From Candidatus Saccharimonadales bacterium (GTDB taxonomy: Bacteria; Patescibacteriota; Saccharimonadia; Saccharimonadales; UBA4665): a DNA stretch of 64,000 bases. The stretch spans positions 142,350-206,349 of the forward strand of contig DATEJI010000108.1 in assembly GCA_035278105.1 (NCBI GenBank), in the 5' to 3' direction. Below the pieces are notes generated by a model. The model worked only from the letters and a program-made list of their open reading frames with translations, had not been told where the DNA came from and made no database searches. A program made the translations under genes and the position numbers. Below, piece by piece: positions 20,102 to 28,601 of this stretch; positions within the stretch are counted from its first letter, which is position 1, and every line of letters begins with the position of its first letter.

Positions 20102-20638
20102 CTACTTGCTCTGATTTTGGTAGCGCTCGATGGATTCTTGAATCACTTTTTTGGCTGCTTCGATGTCGCCCCAACCCAACACCTTGGTAGTGCCTGGTTT
20201 TTTGAGGTCTTTGTAATGGCTAAAGTGAAACTCGACCTTTTGCTTCCAGCGTTCGCCGAGGTCGTTAAGTGTTTTGATGCTGTCGCCGGTGTTGCGGTCG
20301 TCGGCCGGCACCACCACAATCTTGTAATCCATTTCGCCGTCGTCTTCGAAGTTCAGCACACCCAGCACACGAGCCTCCAGCCACACGCCAGTTGGAATTG
20401 GCTCATCAGTAACTACCAGCGTATCGAGCTCGTCCCCATCTTCGTCGAGCGTTTGCGGAATAAAACCGTAGTTCGTCGGCTTTGGGAACACCGCCGGCTC
20501 TACGCGGTCCAGCATAAAACAAGCGCGCCCACGGTCCCACTCGATCTTCAGCATCGAGCCTTCCGGAATTTCGATCACGGTGTTCACGGTGCCGTTCTGC
20601 CAGTCACCCACGGTTAGTACTTGGTTAAAATCAGCCAT
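20102..20638 (-). CDS. ppa: Inorganic pyrophosphatase (family I)
   Basis: NYGFIPQTL, DGDELD, DYKIV, YKDL. Confidence 0.95.
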   Translation of the reverse strand: MADFNQVLTVGDWQNGTVNTVIEIPEGSMLKIEWDRGRACFMLDRVEPAVFPKPTNYGFIPQTLDEDGDELDTLVVTDEPIPTGVWLEARVLGVLNFEDDGEMDYKIVVVPADDRNTGDSIKTLNDLGERWKQKVEFHFSHYKDLKKPGTTKVLGWGDIEAAKKVIQESIERYQNQSK

Positions 20639-20663
20639 CTCGTCTCCTTTATTCAGGCGTTAA

Positions 20664-20768
20664 GGACTTTTTTGATTTCTGATTGAAGCACCTCCGCACG
20701 AAGGATGCGCTACGTTAGAGCACATCCTGGGACCAGGACTGTGGTGAAAGCAGAAAACATAAAAGTCC
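20664..20768 (-). ncRNA. Candidate structured 5' leader RNA of ppa-NUDIX
   Basis: 18-bp closing stem 20664-20681/20751-20768 (2 mismatches) enclosing two hairpins; TACAAT -10 on the minus strand at 20780-20785. Confidence 0.55.
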
Positions 20769-20801
20769 GTTCACAAAATATTGTACTATTAAGTGAGCAT
20801 C

Positions 20802-21497
20802 ATGACAAAAGTGATCGGACACCGCGGCGCTCGCGGATTGGCGCCAGAGAACACCATCGAGGCAATCGAGGCCGCAATACGAGCGGGCGCAGACGCCGTT
20901 GAGATTGACGTTCGCGTGAGCGCCGACGGCGTGCCTGTGCTCAACCACAACCCATTTTTGCAAGACGACAAAGGTAACGACTTACCACACGTGCAGATTC
21001 ACAAATTGAGCTATGCCGAACTGCTCACTCGCAAAGCCAGCCTACCCACTTTAGAGGAAGCGATTCGCCGCGTAAGCCGCCGCGTGCCGATGATTATTGA
21101 GGTCAAACCCAAGGTGCACATCCGCCAGACTGTGCACCTTGTGCGTTCGTTTTTGCAGCAAGGCTGGCAGGCGAACGACTTTTTGTTGGCCTCGTTTAGC
21201 CAGCGCACACTACAGTCACTACACCGCGAGCTGCCAGGCATCGACGTGATTGTCAACGAACATTGGTCTGGCGCGATAGCATCGTGGCGTGCAAAGCGCC
21301 TGCGCACCAAGCATATCAGCATAGGTCGGCGCGTGCTCTGGTGGGGATTTGTGGCTGGCATGCACCGGCGGGGGTATAACCTCTATACCTATACACTTAA
21401 CGATCCCAAAAAGGCACGACGCTGGGCCGCGCGCGGTTTGTATGGCATTGTGACTGACTTTCCGGATATAATGAAACAAAAGCTAAACGAGAAATAA
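20802..21497 (+). CDS. Glycerophosphodiester phosphodiesterase family protein
   Basis: GHRGARGLAPENT, EIDV, IEVK, YTLN, IVTDFP. Confidence 0.9.
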   Translation: MTKVIGHRGARGLAPENTIEAIEAAIRAGADAVEIDVRVSADGVPVLNHNPFLQDDKGNDLPHVQIHKLSYAELLTRKASLPTLEEAIRRVSRRVPMIIEVKPKVHIRQTVHLVRSFLQQGWQANDFLLASFSQRTLQSLHRELPGIDVIVNEHWSGAIASWRAKRLRTKHISIGRRVLWWGFVAGMHRRGYNLYTYTLNDPKKARRWAARGLYGIVTDFPDIMKQKLNEK

Positions 21498-21499
21498 TT

Positions 21500-22183
21500 A
21501 TGCGCGTACGGTTTTTGCGCCGCGAGCAAGTCGCCACCGACATCTATACGTTTTGGTTTGAGCCCGAACAGCCAACGCGCTACACCGCCGGCCAGTTTAC
21601 CGAGCTCTATTTGCCACACGACGAGCCGGATCTTCGCGGCCAGCGGCGTTGGTTTTCGCTCAGCAGTTCACCCAGCGAGCCAAACCTCTCCATCACTACC
21701 CACATCGTCGACGGCAAGCGCAGCACATTCAAGCAAGCGCTCTTTGAGCTGCAACCCGGCGCACCGCTGTCCTTGGCAGACCCGATGGGCGATTTTGTGC
21801 TGCCAAAAGACACCGACATTCCACTGGTGTTCGCCGCAGCCGGTATGGGAATCGCGCCGGTGCGGAGCATGGTGAAATATTTACTCGACACACAGGAGCG
21901 GCGCACCATGCGCTTGTTGCAGTCGGTACGCGCTGCGGAAGAGCTCATTTTTACAGATTTGTTTGAGGCCTACGGCTTACCAACCACCCAACTTATCAGC
22001 ACAGCAGATCAGCGGTTGACAACCGAACATTTACTCTCACTTATGCAAGAAGACGACCGCACGCTTTTATATCTTTCTGGGCCGGAGCTATTGGTCGAAA
22101 CTCTGGTGCGCGATCTTGAGCAAGCTGGACTACCGGCCGCGCGACTCATTGCCGACTACTTTCCCGGCTATACGCAATTTTAG
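21500..22183 (+). CDS. Ferredoxin-NADP reductase-like FAD/NAD(P)H oxidoreductase
   Basis: AGQF, RWFSLSS, PMGDF, AAGMGIAP, YLSGP. Confidence 0.85.
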   Translation: MRVRFLRREQVATDIYTFWFEPEQPTRYTAGQFTELYLPHDEPDLRGQRRWFSLSSSPSEPNLSITTHIVDGKRSTFKQALFELQPGAPLSLADPMGDFVLPKDTDIPLVFAAAGMGIAPVRSMVKYLLDTQERRTMRLLQSVRAAEELIFTDLFEAYGLPTTQLISTADQRLTTEHLLSLMQEDDRTLLYLSGPELLVETLVRDLEQAGLPAARLIADYFPGYTQF

Positions 22184-22186
22184 CGT

Positions 22187-23065
22187 TTACTCAACAGCCT
22201 CAGCAAAGCCGTGGAGTAGCCGCTGTTCGTTCATTGCCGCGGTGTATTCTGGAGACAACGGAAATGGATCTTCGGGCTGCGCATATTGCTCGCGGCACGC
22301 TTCGGCCGCATACACCGCTTGCGGATTGTAGGTTAGTGCTGGCGTCGGCGCGGTGTCGGCAATAATGCGCGAGGCATAGTAGCTCATGCCTTCCGCGTAG
22401 GCTGGCAAATCGTCGACATCTTCGCTGTAATGTACCGAGAGCATGTTGTCCTCACCCAAGACGTGCGCGATTTCGTGCCCTAACATGCTGGCAACCATGA
22501 ACGGTTGCGGTGGTATGCCTGTCGTGTCTTCGGCAATCCGAATAGCGACAAACGGCTTTGAATGAATCTGAACGGTATACCTCCCATCCTTCCAGGAGAC
22601 GTGCCGGCTATACGTCCAGGCACTATCGGGCACATCATAAGGGTCAATGTCATACGGAAACTCGGTGAGTGTGGCATTGGCGCACGCAATAAATGAGGCG
22701 ATATCCTCTTCGGTGGCTTCGTATATTTGCCGCATGGTGTCGTGTGCCTCGCGTTCCCGAACAGATCCTATCGCAAATGCTGATGGATCAAAACTGAGCC
22801 GACCTTCGGCCACATCGTGCGGCAACAGCGGCACAATCATCAACCGATCACTGTCGCGATACTCTCTTGGCACAGCTATAGCGTCGCCGTCCATATTCGG
22901 TATAAACGCGCCTTCCAACCGCGAGGCCATACGCTCTGCCATGCCGGCGCCGAGCAACGATCCGTCGAGCGCCTCAACAAAATCAGGATGCTTCAACACA
23001 GACAAACCAGCTTCTATAACCGCATCAAATTGACGGACGCGCTCACTCCCAGTATAAAAAGTCAT
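22187..23065 (-). CDS. Orphan HExxH metalloprotease-like protein (family A, copy 3)
   Basis: GHEIAH...AEGMSY; N-terminus ERVRQFDAVIE..LKHPDFV matches copies 1-2; TATACT-N6-ATG. Confidence 0.65.
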   Translation of the reverse strand: MTFYTGSERVRQFDAVIEAGLSVLKHPDFVEALDGSLLGAGMAERMASRLEGAFIPNMDGDAIAVPREYRDSDRLMIVPLLPHDVAEGRLSFDPSAFAIGSVREREAHDTMRQIYEATEEDIASFIACANATLTEFPYDIDPYDVPDSAWTYSRHVSWKDGRYTVQIHSKPFVAIRIAEDTTGIPPQPFMVASMLGHEIAHVLGEDNMLSVHYSEDVDDLPAYAEGMSYYASRIIADTAPTPALTYNPQAVYAAEACREQYAQPEDPFPLSPEYTAAMNEQRLLHGFAEAVE

Positions 23066-23148
23066 TCTTGTAGTATAGAACTGTTCGCTTCTTTTTCAAG
23101 AATAGCTTGTGGTGCCGCGGCCTAGGTTAGGACAACGGATAAGCCGTA

Positions 23149-24129
23149 TCAGCCATCAGTCGGGTCGTGTTGGCGCGCGTGCTCATTGAGATACTCGCGG
23201 ATGCGCAGCGCCGCTGTGGCACCTTCGCCGGTGGCGCTGGCGATTTGCATGGTGGCGCCGCTGTGTACATCACCAGCCACGAAGACACCGGGGATGGCGG
23301 TTTGCAACTGGTCATCACTCTTGATAAAGCCGACATCATCAAGCTCGACGGCGCTGCCTTGCAAAAACTCGGTGTTGGGCTTGAGACCGACGAATACGAA
23401 CACGCCGTCGGTTGGAAACTCCACTTTTTGGCCGGTGGTTTTGTCGGTGCCGACGACCTTCACAACCTTGCCATCCTGGCCCACGATTTCATCTGTCGTC
23501 GTATTAAAATGCACGGTGATCTTATCTTTGTGCTTTTCCTCAAGCTCGTGCTGCAAGATTTCGCTGGCGCGCAAGTGATCGGAGCGCGCTAATAGATCGA
23601 TGTGACTGGCAAACCGCGTCAAGAACATCGATTCTTGCACCGCGGAGTTACCGCCGCCAACCACCACCAAGCGCTTGTCGCGATAAAATGCCCCGTCGCA
23701 TGTCGCGCAGTAATGCACGCCGTGGGCGTAATATTCTTGCTCGCCAGGCACACCAATCTTTCTGTAGTCGCTGCCGGTGGCGATGAGCACGGCTTTGGCG
23801 AGCATCGGGCCGCTGGTTGTCTCTAGTCGTTTGTAGGCACCTTCGTCGATAATCTTGGTTACTTCGCCGAGTTCGATGTGGGCGCCAAAGCGCTCGGCCT
23901 GAGCACGTAAATCGTCAGCCAACTGCAAGCCGGCAACGCCTTTTGGAAAACCAGGATAATTATCTACCCAGTCGGTCACCGCGGCCAGGCCGCCGACCAC
24001 GCCGCGCTCAAACAGCAGGGTGTCGATATCCTCACGCGTGGTGTAAATTGCCGCGCTGAGCGCCGCCGGACCGGCGCCGATGATAACGACGTCGTGCACC
24101 GGCACTTGCGATGAAGTAGCCTCCGTCAT
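23149..24129 (-). CDS. trxB: Thioredoxin-disulfide reductase
   Basis: GAGPA, HYCATCDG, GGGNSA, FVAGD; start at MTEATS. Confidence 0.95.
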   Translation of the reverse strand: MTEATSSQVPVHDVVIIGAGPAALSAAIYTTREDIDTLLFERGVVGGLAAVTDWVDNYPGFPKGVAGLQLADDLRAQAERFGAHIELGEVTKIIDEGAYKRLETTSGPMLAKAVLIATGSDYRKIGVPGEQEYYAHGVHYCATCDGAFYRDKRLVVVGGGNSAVQESMFLTRFASHIDLLARSDHLRASEILQHELEEKHKDKITVHFNTTTDEIVGQDGKVVKVVGTDKTTGQKVEFPTDGVFVFVGLKPNTEFLQGSAVELDDVGFIKSDDQLQTAIPGVFVAGDVHSGATMQIASATGEGATAALRIREYLNEHARQHDPTDG

Positions 24130-24136
24130 AGTGATG

Positions 24137-24385
24137 TTACGCAACCGCCGGGGCGAGCTTTGCCAGATTAAATCCCACAACAACTTCTTGTGAGTCGTCG
24201 TGCTTGGTTACAACCGTAACCGGTACGGTAAGTGCGCCGCTCAGCGCCAGAGCTTCGGCTTGGCGTTCGGGGTTAGCATCAAGGTTTACTACTTCGTAGC
24301 CCAGACCTTTGGTGTCCAGCCACTTTTTTACCATGGCGCAGTAGGCGCAAGTGTTCGTGGTGAAGATAGTAATACGTTTGACCAT
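24137..24385 (-). CDS. Glutaredoxin / NrdH-like redoxin
   Basis: CAYC active site, TVPV, VVGFN; upstream of trxB. Confidence 0.9.
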   Translation of the reverse strand: MVKRITIFTTNTCAYCAMVKKWLDTKGLGYEVVNLDANPERQAEALALSGALTVPVTVVTKHDDSQEVVVGFNLAKLAPAVA

Positions 24386-24427
24386 AATTCCCCCTTACAA
24401 GATGTTTTGTTTTACTGCTTACGTTTT

Positions 24428-24468
24428 ATTATATGTAGCGCTTTGTTTATGCGCAAGGCGCTACATAT
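24428..24468 (-). promoter_or_regulatory. Sigma70 promoter of glutaredoxin-trxB overlapped by an 11-bp inverted repeat
   Basis: TTGCGC (24451-24456)-N17-TATAAT (24428-24433) on the minus strand; ATATGTAGCGC 24431-24441 / GCGCTACATAT 24458-24468. Confidence 0.6.
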
Positions 24469-24481
24469 TGTGTTTTTTACG

Positions 24482-25033
24482 TTACCTACCGCCGATGGAG
24501 TGCAGCGTGACATCGAACACGAGATCGGCATTGGCCGGAATGCCAGATCCCGACGGCGGATTGGCGCCATACGCCAGCGAGGCTGGAATCAACAGCCGGC
24601 GCGTACCGCCCACTTTCATGCCAGGCAAACCTTGCGTCCATCCCTGAATAACGCCATTCAAACCGAAGCTGACGGGCTGGCCGCTATCGAGTGAACTCTG
24701 AAAAATAACACCAGTCGCCGCTACAGCGCCCGTATAATCCACGGTAACTGTATCGCCCGATTTTACCTCTTGGCCGGTCCCGGCAGTTAGATCGTCTGCT
24801 TGCAGATGGTCGATCTTGGCGATAGGCGTAAAATCTTGCAGCTTCGTGCCTTCCAGTTTGCCCTTCGAGCTGTTGCTGGTGCTTTGTGTGCTATTGGTTT
24901 GGTCCACGTGTTTCGACTCCTTACTATTTTTGTACAACTGCCAGATAACGGTGAAACTCAGTGCAAATGAAAACCCAAAGAACAGCACCGCAATGATTAG
25001 GGCAATAATCCGCTCACGCTTACGCGTTGCCAT
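24482..25033 (-). CDS. Membrane-anchored FKBP-type peptidyl-prolyl isomerase
   Basis: N-terminal TM; VTVDYTG, VIQGW, MKVGGTRRLLIP, LAYG. Confidence 0.93.
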   Translation of the reverse strand: MATRKRERIIALIIAVLFFGFSFALSFTVIWQLYKNSKESKHVDQTNSTQSTSNSSKGKLEGTKLQDFTPIAKIDHLQADDLTAGTGQEVKSGDTVTVDYTGAVAATGVIFQSSLDSGQPVSFGLNGVIQGWTQGLPGMKVGGTRRLLIPASLAYGANPPSGSGIPANADLVFDVTLHSIGGR

Positions 25034-25128
25034 ACATACTCTCCTCTTCCCTCTTGTTGGTCTTATTATACGCGCGCTGCAGAATGCTGACCAGCAGCGA
25101 CTGTCGTAATTTTGACGCGCCGGATTAC

Positions 25129-25157
25129 TTGACGCGACCGAACACCCACACTACACT
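25129..25157 (+). promoter_or_regulatory. Sigma70 promoter of the GNS microprotein
   Basis: TTGACG (25129-25134)-N17-TACACT (25152-25157); a second TTGACGCG copy at 25112-25119. Confidence 0.7.
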
Positions 25158-25186
25158 GGATGCACACATAAACGTAAGGGGGATAT

Positions 25187-25333
25187 ATGAGCAGTATACT
25201 TACCAATGGTGGCAACTCGGGTGGCAATGGCAATTCCAGTGGGAATGGGAATTCGAGCGGGAACGGCAATTCTCAAGGAAACAGGGCATCAGCCGTACAG
25301 AGTGCCAGCATTCGCAAGCACATCGGCGCCTAG
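25187..25333 (+). CDS. 48-aa Gly/Asn/Ser repeat peptide (not in ORF track)
   Basis: MSSILTNGGNSGGNGNSSGNGNSSGNGNSQGNRASAVQSASIRKHIGA*; RBS GTAAGGGGGA, the same as before the glutaredoxin gene; own promoter and terminator. Confidence 0.7.
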   Translation: MSSILTNGGNSGGNGNSSGNGNSSGNGNSQGNRASAVQSASIRKHIGA

Positions 25334-25349
25334 CGTCTGTGTCATCAGC

Positions 25350-25383
25350 AAATACACCTGGGGTTGCCCCAGGTGTATTTTTT
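25350..25383 (+). terminator. Intrinsic terminator after the GNS peptide gene
   Basis: Perfect 14-bp stem AAATACACCTGGGG-TTG-CCCCAGGTGTATTT running into a T-tract. Confidence 0.85.
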
Positions 25384-25401
25384 ATGGTCGGTGCCAGTGT
25401 T

Positions 25402-26772
25402 CTATGTCTGGCCACGAAAGCCGGGATCGACCGCCGAAGGCGTTGGCCACATTGGAATACCGCCATAACTGACGCTTTGCACGCGTCCGGCGGCAAACTT
25501 ATAGTGCACGAACTCACCATCGGTTGCGACATTGCCGGGGCTGCAGATACGAAGGGCGCGCGCCGACAGCGCTTCGAGCCGGTCGGGCCAGGCAAACGGT
25601 TCCCACTCATCCGGATCAACGGCAACAACGCTATCGCCGACGGCAACAATCCTTACAATAGCTAGCGGACTGTAGAGCCAGGTGTCGAGCTTCCGCAGCC
25701 TTGGCGGCGTGGGTTGTGTGGCGTGCTGCGCAAAAAAATCGAGAATGCCCACGATACCGCGCGCAATCTGCATACACGGCGCGTCCTTGCAGTTTGCCGC
25801 CACCGAAACGGCGCAGCGCTGCGATGGATCAAACAGCGTAACGGTGGTGTGTCCGCCAGCATGCCCGGTGTGACCGACGAACCGCCGGCCGCCGATACTG
25901 AATAGCTCACAGCCGATACCGTAGGCATAGCCAGCGTCGAACCCATTTGGCACGCTCCACTGCACGCGCTGCATTTCGCGCTTTTGCGCGTCGCTCAGGA
26001 AGGTTTCGTTGCCCAAAAAATGACCGGCGGCAAATCGGCACATGTCCGCGGGCGTCGCACACAAGCCGGCAGACGGAGCAAGCGCCCGCGCCGGCTGCAC
26101 ACCGAGTGGTCGGCGACTGCGCTCGAACAACACGCCGTAGCCCGTGGCCAACGGCGCGGCGACACTCCTACTATCCAGCGCGGCTGTCTGCATAGCAGCC
26201 TCACGCAGTAGCGGCATAGCAAGCTCCGGCCACGTTTGCCCGCTCGCCGCTTGCACCACCTGGCCGAGGAGCGCAAAACCGAGGTTCGAATATTTGAGCG
26301 CCGTGTTCGGCGGATGCGTTAGCTGCGCGGCAAGCACTGCTGCGCGAAGTTTCTGCTCATCCGGAAACGGCTCGTGCATATGCCAGTAGCCGGCCGGTGC
26401 AGCTTCGCGAGGCAAGCCGGCGCTGTGAGTGGCGAGCTGACGAACGGTTATACTCTGCATGCGTTGATCGCTGTGCTGGGCAAGCCAGGGAAGATAGGCA
26501 ACCATTCGGTCGTCCAAGCCAAGCTTGCCAGCCCCGACGAGCTGGAGCAGCAGCGTTGCAAGCAGCATTTTGGTTTGCGACGCCACGCAAAAAAGGTGCT
26601 TGGAAGTAAGTGCCTCGCCGGACGCTTCATCGGCCAGGCCATATGCGTGTTCAAACCGGTCGTCACCGCACAAAATCGCTAGACTCACGCCTGGTATATC
26701 CAACGTGCGCACCCGATACGCCAGCCAGTCGTCTATACAATCAGTTGCCTGCAAAAACGCCGCGCGCCGCAT
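25402..26772 (-). CDS. Serine hydrolase, beta-lactamase/PBP fold
   Basis: SxxK (ASQTK), YxN (YSN), HTG motifs. Confidence 0.9.
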   Translation of the reverse strand: MRRAAFLQATDCIDDWLAYRVRTLDIPGVSLAILCGDDRFEHAYGLADEASGEALTSKHLFCVASQTKMLLATLLLQLVGAGKLGLDDRMVAYLPWLAQHSDQRMQSITVRQLATHSAGLPREAAPAGYWHMHEPFPDEQKLRAAVLAAQLTHPPNTALKYSNLGFALLGQVVQAASGQTWPELAMPLLREAAMQTAALDSRSVAAPLATGYGVLFERSRRPLGVQPARALAPSAGLCATPADMCRFAAGHFLGNETFLSDAQKREMQRVQWSVPNGFDAGYAYGIGCELFSIGGRRFVGHTGHAGGHTTVTLFDPSQRCAVSVAANCKDAPCMQIARGIVGILDFFAQHATQPTPPRLRKLDTWLYSPLAIVRIVAVGDSVVAVDPDEWEPFAWPDRLEALSARALRICSPGNVATDGEFVHYKFAAGRVQSVSYGGIPMWPTPSAVDPGFRGQT

Positions 26773-26774
26773 GC

Positions 26775-28556
26775 TCAGCCTGCAATATCGTATTTTTTGA
26801 GCTGCTTTTTGCCAGACGCCGTATGGCGTTGCTGCAGCTTTAACAGCTCAGCGTAGATACCGTGCGACTTGGCGAGCTCGACTGGCGAGCCCGTTTCTTC
26901 TACTCTGCCGTTTTTGAGCGTGACGATTTGATCGACGTTTTGAATCGTGCTCAAACGGTGGGCAATGATAATGGTCGTCCGATGTTTCATGAGATGTTCC
27001 AGCGCTTCCTGCACCATGTGCTCGCTGCGGCTGTCCAGGCTACTCGTGGCTTCGTCCAAAATGAGAATCGGCGCATCTTTGAGTAACGCCCTCGCAATCG
27101 CAATGCGCTGCTTTTGCCCGCCAGAAAGCTTGAGGCCACGCTCACCGATCTCGGTGTTGTACGCATTATCAAACTTCGCGATAAACTCGTGGGCGTTCGC
27201 CGCTTTCGCAGCGGCGATCACCTCAGCCTCGCTGGCGTCCGGCCGGGCGTAGGCGATGTTCTCACGGATAGTACCACTAAACAACGCCGGCTCCTGAAAC
27301 ACAACGCCGATTGCCTGGCGCAGGCTCGCCTGGCTCACGCCAGTAACATTTGCGCCATCGATACGAATCTGCCCATCGCCCACTTCGTAGAGGCGCAGCA
27401 ACAAATTGGTCAGCGTCGTTTTGCCCTCACCGCTTTCGCCCACCAGTGCGGTTTTGCTGTCCGGCGCCACTGTAAAGGTTACGCCCTGCAGCACTGGATT
27501 ATCCGGCGAATAGCTAAAATGCACGTCATCAAACACAATCTCGCCCCGCTGCACACTAAGCCGCTTGGCGTCGGGGCGGTCGACAATCTCCGGCTGCTGC
27601 TCTAACACTTCAAAATAGTCGTGCGTGTTCGAAACCGCCCGCTGCGTTTGATCTACCAAAAAACTGATGGTAAAGATAGGGATGCGAATAAGCATGGCGT
27701 ACTGAATAAGCAGCACCATCGTCCCGATGCTGTAGGTGCCGCGCGCCGTCTCTACAAAAATGTAAATAAAGACGCCGAAAAAAATGACATTGAGCGCCAG
27801 GCGTCGCACGACGTCTTGCTTGTGCCACAGCTTACTTTGCGGGCGGGTCGTTGCCACTGCCTGCTTGTAGCGATCGCGGAAGAAACGCAGCTCGCGCGCC
27901 TCTTGCAAAAAACTTTTGACCACGCGAACTTGGCCGATCGCCTCGGCAAAGCGGCCGCTGGCAATGTCCTGCTGTTCGTTCACTACCTGTTGATAAGCAT
28001 GCCACTTGCCGCTGGTGCGCAGCGTGAGCACGATGAAAATCGGATACAAAAACAGCAGCATCAGCGCCACCGGCCAGCTATAATACGCCACGACAATCAA
28101 CGAAAAAATCGTGCTAAATAAAAACTGCAAAAAGTTATTACTCACCGTTTGCATGAACTGGCTAATTTGAGTAATGCCGCGTGTCATTCGGTTAATAATC
28201 TTGCCAGAGAGTTCGGTGTCGAAGTAGCCTTGCGGCAGACTGAGGATGTGCTCGTAATACCGCTGGCTCAAAACCTGCTGCAACCGCGCCGACATAACAT
28301 CGCCAATGTAGCCACCGATGTTACTGAACAGCGTTTGCCCGAGGTCGGTCACAAAAATCGCTGTGGCGAAAATCGCCACCAATGTGACATTGGCATGACC
28401 GCCGGCGGCCAGTTTGGTAGCTTGGTCGATAGCGCCCTTGGTAAAAATGGGTATGAGCTGGCTCATCACCGACAGCAAAATCGTGAATACCGAGATACCG
28501 GCGTAGTAGCGCCACAGACTCTTGGTGAATCGGATGATCTTTATAAGCTCTTTCAT
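26775..28556 (-). CDS. ABC exporter, fused permease/ATPase (MsbA-like)
   Basis: 6-TM domain; GESGEGKT, LSGGQKQR, LDEATS. Confidence 0.95.
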   Translation of the reverse strand: MKELIKIIRFTKSLWRYYAGISVFTILLSVMSQLIPIFTKGAIDQATKLAAGGHANVTLVAIFATAIFVTDLGQTLFSNIGGYIGDVMSARLQQVLSQRYYEHILSLPQGYFDTELSGKIINRMTRGITQISQFMQTVSNNFLQFLFSTIFSLIVVAYYSWPVALMLLFLYPIFIVLTLRTSGKWHAYQQVVNEQQDIASGRFAEAIGQVRVVKSFLQEARELRFFRDRYKQAVATTRPQSKLWHKQDVVRRLALNVIFFGVFIYIFVETARGTYSIGTMVLLIQYAMLIRIPIFTISFLVDQTQRAVSNTHDYFEVLEQQPEIVDRPDAKRLSVQRGEIVFDDVHFSYSPDNPVLQGVTFTVAPDSKTALVGESGEGKTTLTNLLLRLYEVGDGQIRIDGANVTGVSQASLRQAIGVVFQEPALFSGTIRENIAYARPDASEAEVIAAAKAANAHEFIAKFDNAYNTEIGERGLKLSGGQKQRIAIARALLKDAPILILDEATSSLDSRSEHMVQEALEHLMKHRTTIIIAHRLSTIQNVDQIVTLKNGRVEETGSPVELAKSHGIYAELLKLQQRHTASGKKQLKKYDIAG

Positions 28557-28601
28557 GTCTGTATCAAGTCGGCGAGCTGGAGGCTCGCCAAAAATCTCCT
28601 C

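Noticed and set aside
25027-25665. 212-aa plus-strand ORF with a WQWQFQWEWEFE stretch
   Set aside because: Alternative-frame reading of the GNS repeat. The promoter, RBS and terminator fit the 25187-25333 frame, and this ORF runs through the terminator into the hydrolase.
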